A DNA stretch of 64,000 nucleotides, taken from NCBI GenBank assembly GCA_964019335.1, contig OZ025706.1, forward strand, positions 310,001 through 374,000. The letters run 5' to 3'. Source of the DNA: Diplonema japonicum (Eukaryota; Protista; Euglenozoa: Diplonemea). Position numbers and translations under genes: made by a program. The notes below the pieces were generated by a model. The model saw only the letters and a list, made by a program, of their open reading frames with translations, did no database searches and had not been told where the DNA came from. Numbering within the stretch: position 1 is the stretch's first letter; each line of letters begins with the position of its first letter. This document shows positions 1 through 10,169 of this stretch, in pieces.

Positions 1-85
1 TTGCTTCTGAAGGGCATTTTTTTTTTTTTTTTTTTTGTTCCCTCCCCCTTTTTTCTTTTTTTATTTTAGGGTTGGGTTTTGCGGG

Positions 86-117
<32 letters not shown>

Positions 118-814
118 GGTAACGAGTGTTAAATAATGGCTCATTTGGCGGCAAGTAAGTCGTTTTTGCGGGTTTGCGGATTTCACTCTTCGTCATTTGG
201 GTCACTGCTGTTTTTTTCCTCACACGGGCCAGCTTTTTTTTTGGGGGGGGGATTTTCTTAAGGCAATACGGGGTAGCTATTTCGCCGTGGCATTTTAAGG
301 GGAAGTAGTACCCTCCCAGATTTTTCAAGGGGTTGGGTACATTTTTTTTTCCCCCACAACGAGGCCCATTTAGTGAAGAAAACGACGAAGAGTGAAATAA
401 AAAAGTTTTTTGGGGGGAAAAAAAAATACCAGAATGGAAAAGAAGAAAAGGAAGAGGAGCAAAAGGAGACAGGATGCGATGTAAAAGGCGCTTGTAAGCG
501 CAAACATCATCGCCCCTTTTTGTCACCCTCTCCCCCTCCGCCTAGAGATTGTCACAAGATATCTCGGACAAGTTGCAAGGGAATAAGAAAAAAAAGAAGA
601 GAAAAACAAAGAAGGAGCAGAGCTGTGTAATATAGTAATATTTAGTCCTTCTGGTTTTTTCTTTTTTTTTTTTCCCCTTCTCCCCAACTAAACTTGCCCT
701 TGCTCTATATGTTACAAAGAATGAAGAAGAAGAAGAAGAAGAGGGAATCTGTTTCTGCCAAAAAGCTGTTACTTTTTGATCCCCCCCGCGCGCAGATTTT
801 CAAGCAAAATAAAA

Positions 815-970
815 TAATTTTTTATGACTATATGTCCTTGTTGTTCGCGAGCAAAAAAAGATTTAAAAAAAAAAAAAGATGCATTTTTTTTTTCCTTTTC
901 TTTTCTGGGGCTCGGCCAAGTTGCATATCGTTATAAAATCATTTTCTGAAGAAATTAAAATATTTTGTAA
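815..970 (-). mobile_element. Family A mini-element, empty degenerate copy (termini only)
   Basis: 815-852 (taattttttatgactatatgtccttgttgttcgc) is the reverse complement of the right terminus at ~31355-31391. 911-970 (ctcggccaagttgcatatcgttataaaatcatttt...tattttgtaa) is the reverse complement of the left terminus at 30765/52886. Only A/T-rich filler lies between. Confidence 0.75.
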
Positions 971-1170
971 GGAATATTTTGTAAAGAAAAAAAAAAGAAA
1001 AAAAGAAAAAAAAACAGAAATAGAATTTGAATCTATGATTTTTTTTTTTTTTTTTTTTTCCCCTTTTCTTTTTTCTCTTCAGGGGCTAGTCAGTACCCGA
1101 GAAAAAAAAGAAGAAACAAAAGAGAAAAAAGAGAAAAAAAAAAATGGCAGTTCCGAAATACATAACAGAC

Positions 1171-1217
<47 letters not shown>

Positions 1218-1431
1218 GTCTCGCTTGTTGCTTGACGCACTAGGGTCTTGTCCCTGAGCTTTCGAGTCGTTGCTCGGCCACTTTGTAAAGTGGTGTCCGA
1301 GAGTTCCGTTTCAACCAAACACTTTACGAGTTTATCATGAGGAAGCATTCCGCCCATTCACTGTAAAGCTGTATCGTTGCCGGGCCAGATCGGTAGGCTC
1401 CCTTCTTTGCACTATGGGTTTTTCTTTTTTC

Positions 1432-1467
<36 letters not shown>

Positions 1468-1478
1468 TTTTGCTGGAA

Positions 1479-1509
<31 letters not shown>

Positions 1510-1634
1510 CTACTGTAAAACTGTAGTTAATTACACAACGAATAAAGAAAACACAATGTCGCACCAAATCCCTATCGTCCAACAAAGGAGACACAGAAAT
1601 ATTATAAAAAAAAAAAAAAAAAAAAAATCCAAAA

Positions 1635-2390
1635 CTAAATAACGGCAGTATGCACCCTCTCAGGAGGCACGTCCAGAACATTCAAAACGTCATCGGCCAT
1701 CGTATTCACGAAAACGGGCGGCCCCGCAATATAATAGGTTGAGTCGTCCACACTAGGCACAGCACTGGAGAGGATCTTAGGGGTCAGGGGGCCTATAAGG
1801 CCTCCCCAGTCAGGATCGGGGCAAGACAAAACGTAGTGGACCGTGAGCAAAGGGGTCTCGGGAGGCGGGGTTTCCCTATACTGATCTATTTCCCAAGTGT
1901 CAAACTGGTGGGAAAACGCAAGATCTGCTCTCTCCTTTTCTTCATAGATAAGCGTGGCTTCTAATTGGCTATTTTCTTGCACCATAGATGCAATAAAAGG
2001 GTACACCCTGGCAATACCCATGCCGTGTGCGAGGATCACTACCGAGCCGGTGTCGGGCCGGGTACTGTATGTACCGAATTGTTTGCCTACCGATAGGAGT
2101 TGTACCTCTCTACCGGGGGTAAGGTGTTTGGTTTTCATGACCCCTGATTCAACGTAGCACTTGAGTCCATCAGGGCATCTCATGATGGGGACCTCTGTGT
2201 GTTCCTTGCCCTTTGATCCCATGGTGAGGGTGCCCATGTCACCTATGCGGTACTCTGCCAGACTGGTCTCATCGCAGTGCAGAACGCACGACATCACGCG
2301 GCCCCCTTCGTTCTTCACCTGTGTCAGCCTCCCCGTGATGCTCACATCCCTTTTCTTCTCTTCCCCCATTTTCTTCACCGCGCAACCCAT
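1635..2390 (-). CDS. Ferredoxin-reductase-like (cytochrome b5 reductase family) FAD/NAD(P)-binding oxidoreductase
   Basis: NAD-binding-type motifs VILAHGMGIARVYPF and YYIAGPPVFV, C-terminal LDVPPERVH; N-terminal MGC acylation signal. Confidence 0.7.
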   Translation of the reverse strand: MGCAVKKMGEEKKRDVSITGRLTQVKNEGGRVMSCVLHCDETSLAEYRIGDMGTLTMGSKGKEHTEVPIMRCPDGLKCYVESGVMKTKHLTPGREVQLLSVGKQFGTYSTRPDTGSVVILAHGMGIARVYPFIASMVQENSQLEATLIYEEKERADLAFSHQFDTWEIDQYRETPPPETPLLTVHYVLSCPDPDWGGLIGPLTPKILSSAVPSVDDSTYYIAGPPVFVNTMADDVLNVLDVPPERVHTAVI

Positions 2391-2555
2391 TTTTTTGTTT
2401 TTTGTTTTTTGTTTTTGGTTCTTTGGCTACATTTTTCATTTTTTTTTTTTTATTTTACAAATTCGATATGGAGAAGAATATATAGTCAAGGTAAACAGCG
2501 TAATTTATGGAGAACGAGGAAGGAGAGGGGGTTTTTTTTTCTCTCGTTTTATGGA

Positions 2556-2584
2556 CCGACACGTACAAACAACGGCCAGTTCCT
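2556..2584 (-). repeat. Partial copy of family B repeat, inverted relative to 31780/62159
   Basis: cacgtacaaacaacggccagttcct is the reverse complement of aggaactggccgttgtttgtacgtg at 31781. Confidence 0.7.
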
Positions 2585-2723
2585 TTAAAAAAAAAAAAAA
2601 AAGAAAAAACACAGATGCTGGAAAACACCTATTTTTTTTTTCTTTTAAGGGTTCATTCTTGTTGTTACAATAATATGAAACAAAAAATTGTGGTGCATAT
2701 TCAGAGGGGGGGGGGGGGGGGGT

Positions 2724-5546
2724 CTATTTCTTTTTCGACGGCTTCCCGACGCACCCTTGGCATTTAAAGCCTTTATCCCTCGTGGCCATGTTACATGTGA
2801 TCTGCCCGCACACAAGACACGAGAACCTCCTGCGCAGCTCTTTGAGGGGTTTGGACGAAGGGAAGCGGTGTGCAGCGGCGCTGATATGTGATATCCTAGG
2901 GTGCGGAAGCAGGATGGTAGGAGAGTCCATGACAAGGAGAAGCGAGGCGGAGGTGGTGGCAAGGTCCTGACACGGCGCAGATATGTTTTGAAGTGCAGCA
3001 TCTGCCTGTGGGGGCTTCTTCGCCTTGCTGCAGAACTCTTGTGAGTCCGATAGCAGGAGCAGACACCGCAGAGCCAGGTGACGTGTCTTCCTCCCACAGG
3101 CGTCCGAGGTGGATATCTTGCACAACAGCTTCTCGCTCACACCGCCTTTCCAAATTTCGTTTTTCTTTCGTTCATCACATGTGTCGAGCTCCATGCAAAG
3201 CCCCTGCAACACCTCCACCCCTTCATCCAGGACCCCCTTGCTGCTGATCTGTATCAGGTACGCAGAAACCACTGGGATCGCACACGACCTCACCCCGCAC
3301 AGCATGCAGCACCTGCCCAGTGCTGCGCCCATGTCTTTGGGGATATTGTCTACGAGTTTCTTTTCAACCCCAGACATGACGGTTGCAATGGACACGGGGC
3401 CCGAGCCTTTCAAGCATGCCAACCCGGAGAGAAGGCCTGCCAAGTCACCATCTGCCTCCATCCGCACCATGGCGTCCCTCAGAACCTCATGGTTCAGTTT
3501 GATGTTGTAGATACTGCTAAGCTCCACAGCTGCCCCTACAGTGGCCTCGACGCTTGACGCTGCTACAACGTAGTCCTCGACGAGCTTCGGGATGTGTGCT
3601 GTCCTGAAAACCCGTTGAAGTGACAGAACTGCTGCTTGCAGCGTCCGTGGGCATGCCACACCCCCTGCTGCTTGCAGGAACACTTCCAACGTCGCCACTG
3701 CCTGTTCCTTCTGTGTGTTTGTGATGTTCTCTGCCAGGTCCGCCAAGCGGGTTAACAGCTCACAGCACGCCACACCCACAGCCGCTGTGTTATGCATCTT
3801 GAGGCATTCTACTACATCCCCCCACACCTCCTCTTGCTCGTACCATCCTGCTGTTACGGAGTTCAGAAAGGTGTTGAGTGCTGTCACGCCGTGTGCCACC
3901 ACTGCCTCGACTGTCATGCATGTCTTGACGACGGGGTGCACATCGCGTGCCTGGACATGCCGCTGGTCCTTCATGGCGTAGGGTGTGCCTGTCTTGTACA
4001 GGACAACGATCAGCTGCAAGACATGCGATAACAGCACGTCTGGTGTGCGCTTCCTCAAGATGAGCAGCAGTGGAGTCAGCAGCCCGCTTCCCACCAAGCC
4101 CTCGACCCCGCCTGGTACCTGCCCGATGTGACACGCGGCGCTCATGGCAGCCACAGCAGCCGCTTCATTAGACTTCCCCGAAGCAGTGTTCATGACTGTT
4201 CCCAGGATCTTCTTGCACGTCTGCTGCAAGGTCTTTGGCTGTGCAGGGATATAAGGTTACATTCCCATATTACATACGTCCATTCGTGCCGCTGCCGACG
4301 GGTCGCTGTTGATGTGCACCACCATATCAGGCGCAGCAGGTGCGGGGGGGCTGTTCTGCCGTACTCTTAGGTATTTAAGCTGTAAACCACGGTGGATTCC
4401 CATTGCCCCTCATACCGGTATGGTTTTGTCGCCTGAAGAGAGCGCCACGACTGCAGTGCTGCCACCTGTCTTCATGACCACGCCACGCTCATTGTTCATC
4501 TCCTTGATGGAGAGCCCGGTGACCTCGACGACGTCGCCCACAGAGATGGGAGGCGGTGCTCTGGGTGAGGATGAGGGTGAGGAGTACGGCGAAGCAGGTG
4601 GAGAGTGGTGCACGGGGATCGAGCTACGACGCGGGGCAAGAGTAGGCGGCGGCCCTGGGGCAGGTGTGCACATAACACCGCCGAGCGAAGGCTGCGGCGG
4701 CAGAGGGTCCACATGCCGATGGGGCTTAGGCACCGGTTTCACCACGTCTTTCGTTTCAGAGCGGGTCTGCGGGGCGGACTCACCCATTGTCTTGAGAAGG
4801 TTAGAAACAGAAGCTGCCGTAACACGCTTAGACGCAGTGGGCTGCAGGAGGCTCACAGCAATGTTCGACTTCGTAACTCGCTTCACCATCGACGTGAAGG
4901 AGAGGTCGGAAGTCTGCCTTGCTTGAAGATGCAAAGGCCGCTTATCAGGCATGTTTTTCTGCGGGACCATAAGAACGTACAGGACGACCCCTAGTGCCCA
5001 GAGGTCCACGCTGGAGTCGTACCGTTCCCCACAGAACTGCTCGGGTGCCATGTAGTAAGGTGTTCCTGCTATGGACCGTGTGAAGGCACCAATGTCCTTA
5101 CATAGACCGAAGTCTGCCAGATAATACCGGCCGGTGTTGGAGATGAAGATGTTCTGTGGCTTGATGTCGCGGTGGATGTACCCTTGACCGTGCACGTAGG
5201 TGAGGGCGCTTGATATGTCGCAGAGTACAGTGTCGATCTTGCGTGAGGACACTGGTGCTGCTTTCACCATGGGCATGAGGTCCCCTCCTCTGAAGAGGGG
5301 CATGGTGAGGCAGACAAACAAGTCTTGGCCTTCTCTGTGCAGGAAGGTCTCGTCGCAGCTGACCACGTTCTCATGCTTCAGCTTTAGCATCACGCTGCTC
5401 TCCCGCAGGCACAGGTTCGCTTCTTCCAAACCGTCAAATCTCATTTGCTTCATCGCAACAGAGCCCTTCGGTCCTTTCACCTCCCATACTTCCCCGAAGC
5501 CCCCTGCGCCGAGCCGCTTCACCTTCTTGTAGGCCCCGCCGATCAT
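2724..5546 (-). CDS. Ser/Thr protein kinase (NEK-like) with Pro-rich linker, long helical (ARM/HEAT-like) C-terminus and terminal CxxC..CxxC; exons 5546-4416, 4379-4278, 4238-2724
   Basis: GAGGFG, VAMK, HRDIKPQN, DFG and APE motifs. GTATGA..TACAG (4380-4415) and GTATGT..CACAG (4239-4277) introns join ORFs 4410..5675 and 2724..4229 in frame. Confidence 0.8.
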
Positions 5547-5836
5547 TTTGTTTTTCTCCCTCCGATGTTCTTTTGAGATTATAAATGTTTCTTTCTTTTT
5601 TAAGAATTGAAGGGAGAGAGAACAAAAAAAAAGAAAAAATAAACAAGTCTTTTTTTTTAACTTTCTTGACGACAACTATCTAAAAAAAAAAAAAAGAAGA
5701 AGAAGAAGAAGAGAGAAAAAAATAAGAAAAAAATGTACACAAAAAAAAAAGAAGATAAAGAGAGAGAATCGCGTTTTCTTTTAACAAAAATAGAACAAGA
5801 CAAAAAAAAAATATAAAAAAATAAAAAAAATAACCA

Positions 5837-7510
5837 TCACGCAAACGTCCCGTCCCGCCTGTGCATGAAATCATTAAACTCCGCATTCTGCCTGGTCAGT
5901 AACGGCTGCGGCTGAATGTGCTGTCTTTGAACGGAAGGCGACTGCTGTTGGGGGAAGTCCTGAGTTATAGGGTTCACAGGACCGGGGTCGTGCCGAATGG
6001 ATTCATCATGCACAGAAACCTCAAGGCCATCTGACGAAGGAGGCAGCTCGGCTTGAGGTGTAGGATGTGCTGTATATCCGTAGTAGTAATCATCACGCGA
6101 AACGGGAGGTGGAGGGGCGTCAAAAACAGGCTGCGGTTCTTCCTTCTGCTCCCGCTGCTCGGATTTCTTTCTGAAGAACAGCCAGTACAACAAACACAGC
6201 AGCATACAACACAACAGCAACCCAAGCCCCACCAGGCCTAATATCAAAAGCAAATTGTCATCATCGTCTGAGCTTGTTGAGGACCCTACCAACGGGCTCC
6301 CTGATGTGATGCTTGGGTCGTTTGTGGCAGTGCCGCCCAGCACGTGGAACAACATGCAGTTGGTTCCTTTGAAATTCCATCCTACGCACGTTGGGGCTTC
6401 CTGCCTGCAAGAATCGCAGCATCGTTCTGCGGTGGAGCCCACCAGTGTCTTGTAAGGGTTTCCCGTGATGCCGGCACCGTTTCTTGCGGAACACTGTCCC
6501 AAGATGTACGTGTTTGGGAGGGATGTTGTGGGGACAGGTGTCGCCAGGGTCCACCCAGGACCCGACACGACACATGTTGGGTAACCTGTGAACCCGCTAG
6601 CGCATTCCCCACACGTTGCCCCTCCGTACCCTTGCTTGCAAAGACACTGGCATGCAGCTCCGTTCCAATGCGCCTGTCCGTTGTTCAGGCAAAAGACGTT
6701 GCTGCAAGATGTCGGCCCGCCTACAGGCCCCGCGCAGTTTGGGTACCCCGTGTACCCTGCAGCACACGTCCCACATGTCGTTCCAGCGAACCCAACATTA
6801 CAGTTGCAGATACAACGGTTTTGAGTTGGGTAAAAGTAACCTGAACCATGGTTCTGACAGGACAAGGTGGAGCACGTTTGGCTTGTCGTCGTCGAGCATG
6901 AGGGGTACCCTGCGTACCCAGGCGCACAGGTGTTGCACAATGTGCCTGAGAAACCGGTCGAGCAGAGGCAAGAACAGCCGCCCGATGTCCAATACGCCGC
7001 TCCGTTGTTTTGACAGTAAGTGGACGCGCATGTTGAGGACACGGTGCAGGCAGGGTAAGAGGTGAAGCCATATGCGCACTGGTTGCAAAGTGTGCCTGAG
7101 TATTGCGCTGCGCATTGGCATTGACATGACTGCCCGTTCCAGATTGGGTTTCCTTGGCCTTGGATGCAAGATAGGCCAGCGCATGTGCTGGGGACGGCTG
7201 GTGGGTTGCTTGTGCAGGTTCCTGTGCTTGCACATGTTGTTCCCACACCGCAAGAACACCCCGAGACGCCGTAGGTTCGGCAGTCTAGTTGTTGGCATGG
7301 GTAGCACAGACCATCGTTGGCGCACCTCAGTCCGTTGGCACACCCGCACCCCACCGCCGAGCACAGGCATCCGTTAGATATTTGCTGAACAGAAGCCGAT
7401 CTGTCCGGTACCCCTGGAACACCCACCGACCTCCCACCCCCTAACGGAGCAACACCTTCGCATGGAATCAAAATAGTTATAAGAACGGCAAAGCATAACC
7501 GGGTATGCAT
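5837..7510 (-). CDS. Type I membrane protein with laminin/EGF-like Cys repeats and a PAN/apple-like domain
   Basis: Signal peptide; repeated CxCxxG(F/Y)xGxxCxxCAxG(Y/F)xGYPxC units; PAN-like CCDSCRQEAPTCVGWNF; TM helix LLLILGLVGLGLLLCC; Pro/Gln-rich tail. Confidence 0.8.
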   Translation of the reverse strand: MHTRLCFAVLITILIPCEGVAPLGGGRSVGVPGVPDRSASVQQISNGCLCSAVGCGCANGLRCANDGLCYPCQQLDCRTYGVSGCSCGVGTTCASTGTCTSNPPAVPSTCAGLSCIQGQGNPIWNGQSCQCQCAAQYSGTLCNQCAYGFTSYPACTVSSTCASTYCQNNGAAYWTSGGCSCLCSTGFSGTLCNTCAPGYAGYPSCSTTTSQTCSTLSCQNHGSGYFYPTQNRCICNCNVGFAGTTCGTCAAGYTGYPNCAGPVGGPTSCSNVFCLNNGQAHWNGAACQCLCKQGYGGATCGECASGFTGYPTCVVSGPGWTLATPVPTTSLPNTYILGQCSARNGAGITGNPYKTLVGSTAERCCDSCRQEAPTCVGWNFKGTNCMLFHVLGGTATNDPSITSGSPLVGSSTSSDDDDNLLLILGLVGLGLLLCCMLLCLLYWLFFRKKSEQREQKEEPQPVFDAPPPPVSRDDYYYGYTAHPTPQAELPPSSDGLEVSVHDESIRHDPGPVNPITQDFPQQQSPSVQRQHIQPQPLLTRQNAEFNDFMHRRDGTFA

Positions 7511-7589
7511 TTTTTTCTTTTGTTCCACCCCCTCCCTCCCCCACTCCCGTCCTTGTTTTGGTTTTCCGCAGAATAGAATGGAGGAGGAA

Positions 7590-7621
<32 letters not shown>

Positions 7622-7661
7622 GGTTTTATAAACATATTTTGTGTGTTAAGATTTTTTTTTT

Positions 7662-8714
7662 TTAGTCTTTTCGTTTCTTTCCGCCTTTTTTCGCGCCCTT
7701 CTTTTTCCGGTCGACGTGGGCCTTTGTCTCTGCGATGATCTGCTCGAAGAGGTCGTCTTCCACACGCTCGTAAATGTGGAAGACCTCGATTTTGGGCTTT
7801 GTTTTGAGCACTTCCAGAAGCATGGTGGCACCGGCTGGCACGAGAGAGTTGAGGTTCAGGTCTATACTGGTGAGAGAGTCGTTGGTCTCGATCCCGTCCC
7901 GGAGCTGCGTGTTTTTTTTTTTTTTTTTTTTTTTTCCCAGCATCATACCGCTTCAACAGCCTCCAAATGAATTCCAAAGCAATTATCAGCAAGGTCGAGG
8001 TGTACCAAGGTCATGTTTTTAGCAAGCGCCTGTGCTATACCCTGTATCCCCTTCGATCCCAGATTGTTCCCTTTCAAGTGGAGCTCTTTCAAGGATGAAG
8101 CTCTCACTATATTTCGCCCGATTTCCTCCCCTCCCTTCCACCCGATCCCGCAGTATTCCAGTTTGAGGATTTCGAGGGTGGAGTTCCATTTGAGGCCTTC
8201 ACCTAGTGCTGTGGCACCGGCGTCGCCGATTTCTCGGTTGTGGGATAGGTTTAGGTATTTGAGGCTTTCATTTTGCGTCAGAGCACGGCCGAGGTAAGAG
8301 CATCCTTTGGCGGTGATCTGTGCCATGATAATTTCTAGGTTTTGGAGGTTGCAGGAGTCGCTGCTGTCTGCCTTTAAGAACTCGTGGACGAGCATAGCCC
8401 CGTCGTCGCCTGAACACTGGTCGTCTTCTGTGTTGGCTGACCCCCAACACCGCCAGATAGAGAGGATGTTCATGTGTTTCCAGTTGGACGGCCAGAAGGC
8501 AAAACTGTCTATGACAGCTTTTGTAGCTGCAAAGGACATGGATTCATTGAAAATTAAAGGGATGTTTGGTGGAAAATCCCCGCCTTTGTCCCCCATTCGG
8601 TACTCGAATCGTCGATCGTCTGTAGGGGGGGGGGGGGGGGGGGGGAGGTGTTGTTTAAAAAAAAAAATTCACTATGATAGGAACGAAGTGGTTAGCAACG
8701 GCCCGCTACTTTGG

Positions 8715-8751
<37 letters not shown>

Positions 8752-8997
8752 GTCTCGGGTTTCCACGCGACGGCTTCCTTGTTTAATTTCTTCACGAATT
8801 TGTCGATGGGGGAGACTTTGTACTTTGCACAAATTTGTTCGTACTTTGCCCTGTACCTGGGTATTTCTCGGTCTGGGGGTGAGGAGAGAATCTGGGTGAG
8901 GATGGAGAAGGAGAGGGGGGGGGAAAAAAAATCATACATTCGGGTCTTTAATGGCATTTTTCCCTGGTTTAGGCTTCCCCGAAGCTTTTCCCGACAT
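7662..8997 (-). CDS. Ribonuclease-inhibitor-type leucine-rich-repeat protein; introns 8892-8937, 8620-8749, 7905-7948
   Basis: RI-type LRRs (LKYLNLSHNREIGDAGATAL, LKELHLKGNNLG, LVHLDLADNCFG). Three GTATGA..CAG introns give one continuous frame from MSGKASGKP to the stop at 7662. Confidence 0.8.
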
Positions 8998-10169
8998 TTT
9001 TTTTTTTTTTTACCAAGGCCTTTTTTTTTTGTGAATAAAAATTGTGATTGTCAGTTGATTTTAAAAAAAATAAAAAATGGGGGGGGGGTAAATCATTGCA
9101 TTCTTTTGTTTTTGTTTTGTTTCTTTTATTTTTATTTTCTTTATTTCCTGTGGGGAGTAATACAAGAGAAAGAAAAGAAAAAAAAAGTGCGACGTTTAAG
9201 GGACCATCCTTTACAAAAAAAAAAAAGAAAAAAAAAAAGAAAAAAAAAAAAGAAAGGGGCCACTTGGAATGAAGGGTCATTATCCCCGAACAGGGATGTT
9301 TCTTCCTCCCCTTTTTTTTTAGTTTGACAGGGGAAAAAGAAAAAGAAAACTTTCTTTAATGGGAAAATAAAGGGTCGATTTGAAGCTTTTCTAAAGGCTG
9401 CTACTACAGAGAAAGATTTAAAAAAAAAAACGGAAAGGGAGAAACATGAAAGGGAAGAGAAATGGGGGAGAGGGGGTTATTTATTTTTCCTTGTCGGTGG
9501 CGGTCCTTCTCTTCTTCTTTTTTTTTCTTTTTATTTCTTTTTTGCGGAATTTACTTATAAAAATTGCTACGTTAAAGCTGTAAAGGGGAGGCCGAGGGGG
9601 GAGTCGGGTGGGGGGGGGGGGGGGGGGAAGGATGCTCATGCCATGTGCCACCAAGAAATGGAATGTGTGCTTCTTTTCCTTTTTTTTTTGTCAATCAACT
9701 ACGTTTGCTGATGAATATCTGTTCAGGAGCAGCGTGTTGCGTCTAAAGGGGAAAAGAGAAGAAAGAAGAGAGAGAGAAGAGAAAAAAAAAAGAATGAAGA
9801 AAATAAGAAATAAAAACACCTCTATTTTTTCCTTGTTTTTTTTTCCCCCCCCTCGCATCGAAACGCCTCAGGTACAGAATGACAATGCGAATGGGAAAAA
9901 AAAATGGAAAAAAAAACCACCCTCCCCCCCCCCTTTTTTTTCCTATCTTTTTTTCTTCTTCTTAATTTATACTCCCTCTCAATTTATTTTTATTTTTTTT
10001 ATTTTATTTCAATTTCTATTGTTGAAGAAAAAAAAAAAAAAAAGGGGGAAGAGGGAGGAAGCGGGAATGAAAAAAAAAAAATATTTTTGATGCTCCCATC
10101 ATTGCTATGTTTCTTCCACATCTCCCTCTCCCCTCCTTTTTTTCTTTTTTTTTTCTTTTTTTTAAACCC

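Noticed and set aside
1270-1305. ingi/L1Tc 5' signature (HDV-like ribozyme)
   Set aside because: Only GGCCAC..GTGGTG resembles it; the P1 and pseudoknot pairings are not evident.
258-1518. Many short poly-Lys/poly-Phe ORFs here and throughout the spacers
   Set aside because: They are translations of homopolymer tracts with no domain content. N-terminal extensions of real ORFs into such tracts were trimmed.
7662-8997. Frameshifted pseudogenes, RNA editing or non-canonical introns explaining broken ORFs (also COX11, WD40, PUF)
   Set aside because: Every break examined is resolved by a canonical GT-AG intron.
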